DNA from: Lophium mytilinum
Lineage: Eukaryota
DNA: 64,000 bases
Direction: 5' to 3'
NCBI GenBank assembly: GCA_010093605.1
Contig: MU004185.1
Coordinates: 2,191,334-2,255,333 of the forward strand
Position 1 is the first letter of the stretch, and each line of letters begins with the position of its first letter. Below the pieces are notes generated by a model. It was not told the DNA's origin, made no database searches, and was given only the letters and a program-made list of their open reading frames with translations. Positions 60,785 through 64,000 of this stretch are shown in pieces. The position numbers and the translations under genes are program-made.

Positions 60785-62202
60785 ATGGCGGACAATACTT
60801 GGATCTTGCAACACCTAGCTGACAGAGTCTTGGATCCTAAGCTTTGCCCCAGCGGACATTTCTCTACTGTTACAGGAAAGCGTGCTTTCTTTCCGCCTGC
60901 CATGCCAAGTTCTAGTCCTTCCCAGCCTCAAGCCCTTATTAGCCTCGTAGCAGCGTCCGAAGAAATAGCAGCGCCCGAAGAAGTAGCAGGGTCCAAAGAA
61001 CACCTATTCAGGAAGAGTTACTCTCTTCCGATCTCTCCACCCCTTCCAAAGAAGCTACCTACCCACACTTGCGAAGCAGATGCTCAGCCAAGCTACAGAG
61101 GCGGAGGAGCTCCAACGTATGCTACATTCGAACACGTTGGCGCTCACAGCCGCAGTTCAATCCAAAGACGCAGTGGCCAACCCCCTCCACGCGAGCTGCA
61201 AGAACAACGCCACGTTGCTCAAATACAACATCATCATAATGAAAGCATTCGCAATAATCGGAGACAAGTTTTGGCGCTGGCGACGCAGCGGCGACTTGAG
61301 TATCAGCTGGAATGCACTAGACGGCAGCAAGAGTTCGAGCATCGCAAATTGATAGTAAACACCTCGGCACGCTTGGAAATGTCTGCTCCCGTGCTTGTAG
61401 TGTCGTCTACTCCCCCCAGGTTCAATAATTCTCGCGCCGGACGCCATCTTCAGCGCGGACTCTCTGATCCACCTGTGATCTCACTTCGGGGAGGATCTGG
61501 TTCATATAGGGACCCGTCTTCTTCACGCAGAGCCCAACCCCCGCGCCCTTCTTCGCAGGCTTCGTACTCTTCGGCTCCAACGCCGGCTGCCTCCACCGGT
61601 GCTCCAACGTCGGCTGCCTCTACCGGTGCTTCAACGCCGGCTGTCTACAACGATGCTCCAACACCTGCCTACACCGGTGCTCCAGCTGGTCCGTCACCTA
61701 GCACCATACCCAGGAACACCTACTCTATACTGACGGAACAAATCTAGGACATAGCAACCATGCTCTTGGACCCGACGGGAGTGGCTTGAAGTCCGTCAGT
61801 AACGCTCCCGTATCTTCCGAGTCTACCCCAAAGTACATCAATGATGATGAGCGGCGCCGTCGGGGTATGGAGAAGTCTCAAGAGTTTAGCGAGCGTTTCT
61901 ATTCAAGCCACCCAGTGGACGCTAGACGCAATAATCGTGATTACTTCACGCGCTCTTACGCGACGCCACCGGAGAGCGCGATCGATACGAGCGAGGATGG
62001 GAATTCTTCCTTCTTCGACCGCGACCGATCCCCACAAACGCCGGATAGGGTCCCATCATCAGAGCGAGTTGCGGTTCCTGTCATAGCAGTCATCCCCCCC
62101 TCGCCGAAACTGCAGGCTGAGATACCTCGGAAAAAAGCAAACTCGGAGAAAGAGACGTCAAAGGAGAAGGATGATAGTTGCGGGTCAAAAGATGGTCGTT
62201 GA
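60785..62202 (+). CDS. Hypothetical Ser/Pro-rich low-complexity protein, split into two ORFs (intron or disruption)
   Basis: ORFs 60785..61747 and 61786..62202 are in different frames; no recognisable domain. Confidence 0.35.
61573..61690 (+). repeat. Coding-frame 27-bp tandem repeat (about 4 degenerate copies, APTPAASTG)
   Basis: GCTCCAACGCCGGCTGCCTCCACCGGT / GCTCCAACGTCGGCTGCCTCTACCGGT / GCTTCAACGCCGGCTGTCTACAACGAT / GCTCCAACACCTGCCTACACCGGT. Confidence 0.8.
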
Positions 62203-64000
62203 GTCGAACGCAGCAACAAGCCGAAATAATACGGCGTCACGGTCACAAGTATTTGCACACTCGTTCGGCAATGTTTTGGGCACTCTGTCGCGCTTTCAAG
62301 ATTGTAGGCACGACTTTTAAGTTTCGTGCAGCGTGAACTGAGCTTTTTTTGCCCATTTTTCTTCTTAGCAACGGAGCTCCTCCATATAGCAATATTCAGC
62401 TTCAAAGATAGCACTCAAGTACAGAGGGCTGAATCAACGTACTTTGCAAATTGCAATCTATAAAGCTGTTCCCATCCATGACTCGGTGAAATGGAGCCAA
62501 TCGCATCAGGCCACATGATACTACCAAAGTTGCATCGTTTGAGTCCCCTTATCGATATCACGAACTCCAGTCCTCAACAAGTTGTTCTCTCCATCTCAAC
62601 CATGTGTACTCACGTTGAAGTGAATCAGAGTGTCTTTCTAGCCTTCTGGTTGCATAGGTTCCCGATTTCCTTTCGGCCGGCTCGCGCTATAGCGCTCGGG
62701 TAAGCGGTTCTTTCCATCTTTCTGGTATACGTTACAGCACTCCCGAGTAATGTTAGAGATTGGCAGTATCGAGTCTTAAGATCTAGTCGGTGTATGTAAT
62801 TCTTTCCACTTCTGCCTGAGGTATAGCTGAAATTTATATGGAGCGAGGCTTCGACAGCGATTCCGACACTTCACTGATAAATGCCTTCCATTGCAGTGAG
62901 CTGGCTAAAGCACGGCTCTCAAAGCCCTCCCGCAGGGTACAAGGAACTTACAGTGGTAAATCAGATTATCTCTTCCCACATCCCCAGCTCTTATCACGTC
63001 TAGTATTATAAGTGGCGACACAGTAACGATGATTGTATTGTTTCAGCTTATGACGGTGGCACTATTACGATTGTCATATCTATATTGATTATGTCGTCAG
63101 CGTCTGACTGGCCTCGGTTTCTCGTGTACTATGGTGAGCTCGAATAAGTCTGTAGGTCACTGATCCAAAGGCTTTCAGCCAACCGGATTTCGTTCAGCTG
63201 ATAACACATTATTTCTTCCAAATTGACACAAGACAAGTGCTACGCCACTAGATATCCGCACATATCTTGTCCAGTTCGCAGTTGAAACGCGTACTAAGTT
63301 GGCTTTCGACAGACCCGCCATCACAACTACGCTCTTGATACAGATATCAGGGGTAGCAACGGTCCAACTAGAATTCTAGCCTCCTGAACTATTTTCTAGA
63401 GCTGTTTGCGGAGAAAATAGCAATCATGAGTGCCAGGTTGGAAGAGATCTTTTACTTTCTTCGAGGTTGAGTCCGCGCCACGTGCGTCCAGGGCGAAGAT
63501 ATCTACTTAACATAAGCGCTTCAATAAACACAGTATGGAGCACTATACGTAGGAGGAGGGTTCACCGCGCATGTTTGGAGAAGGGCCTTGTACAAAGCTA
63601 CGTCAGTCGAAGTTTTATAGAAGGCAATCAATCCATGTTCTTGGGATAGAACTTCTTCCCAGGTCGCTACATGCAGCTCGAGATGTACGCCGACCCATAG
63701 ACCAAAGCTCTGCGTTGCGTGCTCTGAAACGAAAACGTCGAGGGGGTGTTTCAATTTTCCCTCTCGTGAGACGCAATGAATGAAACCTGGGTAGTCAGCA
63801 CGCGCGCAGTGGTGGCTTTCTAGAAGGAAGACTGGCGAATGGTGGCCGGGATGTTTTTAGTGAAGTATCAACGAACTGGTTTTCCAATGAGTTGTCGCAT
63901 TGCGATGCTGCAGCCATGGTTATGTGCTTCTGTATAAGAGACATATCAAATTACGAAGAGACTAGGAAATCGAATCGAGTGACAGTCTTCTGCTGGGGTA

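Noticed and set aside
58600..64000. Transposon remnants in the gene-poor right end
   Set aside because: No transposase, reverse transcriptase or integrase motifs, terminal repeats or strongly AT-rich RIP-like tract were seen.

Overview
Eukaryotic, intron-rich fungal DNA: a filamentous ascomycete (Pezizomycotina), probably a Dothideomycete judging by the F-box and HET gene families, though that is inference. About 24 protein-coding genes are supported. Housekeeping genes include a DUF726/Mil1-like protein, an Env7-like kinase, a dipeptidyl-peptidase V, ATP synthase subunit e, an Ipa1/UBE3D-like E3 ligase, Cks1, an LMBR1-family transporter, Cft1/CPSF160, a sterol esterase and Pex6. Accessory genes include a HET-domain protein, a pepsin-like pseudoprotease, a LaeA-like methyltransferase, an FAD monooxygenase and several F-box proteins. 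Three non-coding signals stand out. (1) A tRNA-Ile(UAU) gene at 4629-4788 (minus strand) carries the usual anticodon-loop intron plus a second 57-nt insertion in the D-loop with complete spliceosomal signals (GTAAGT...GCTGAT...TAG); removing it restores the cloverleaf exactly. (2) An H/ACA-type hairpin in a 441-nt intron of the Ipa1-like gene has a pocket complementary to U2 snRNA around U42, suggesting an snR81-like guide RNA. (3) A degenerate array of 13 units of about 137-182 bp at 23.6-25.7 kb has a conserved ~100-nt core and variable spacers, resembling tandem exon/intron modules. Exon boundaries were read by eye and no database searches were run.
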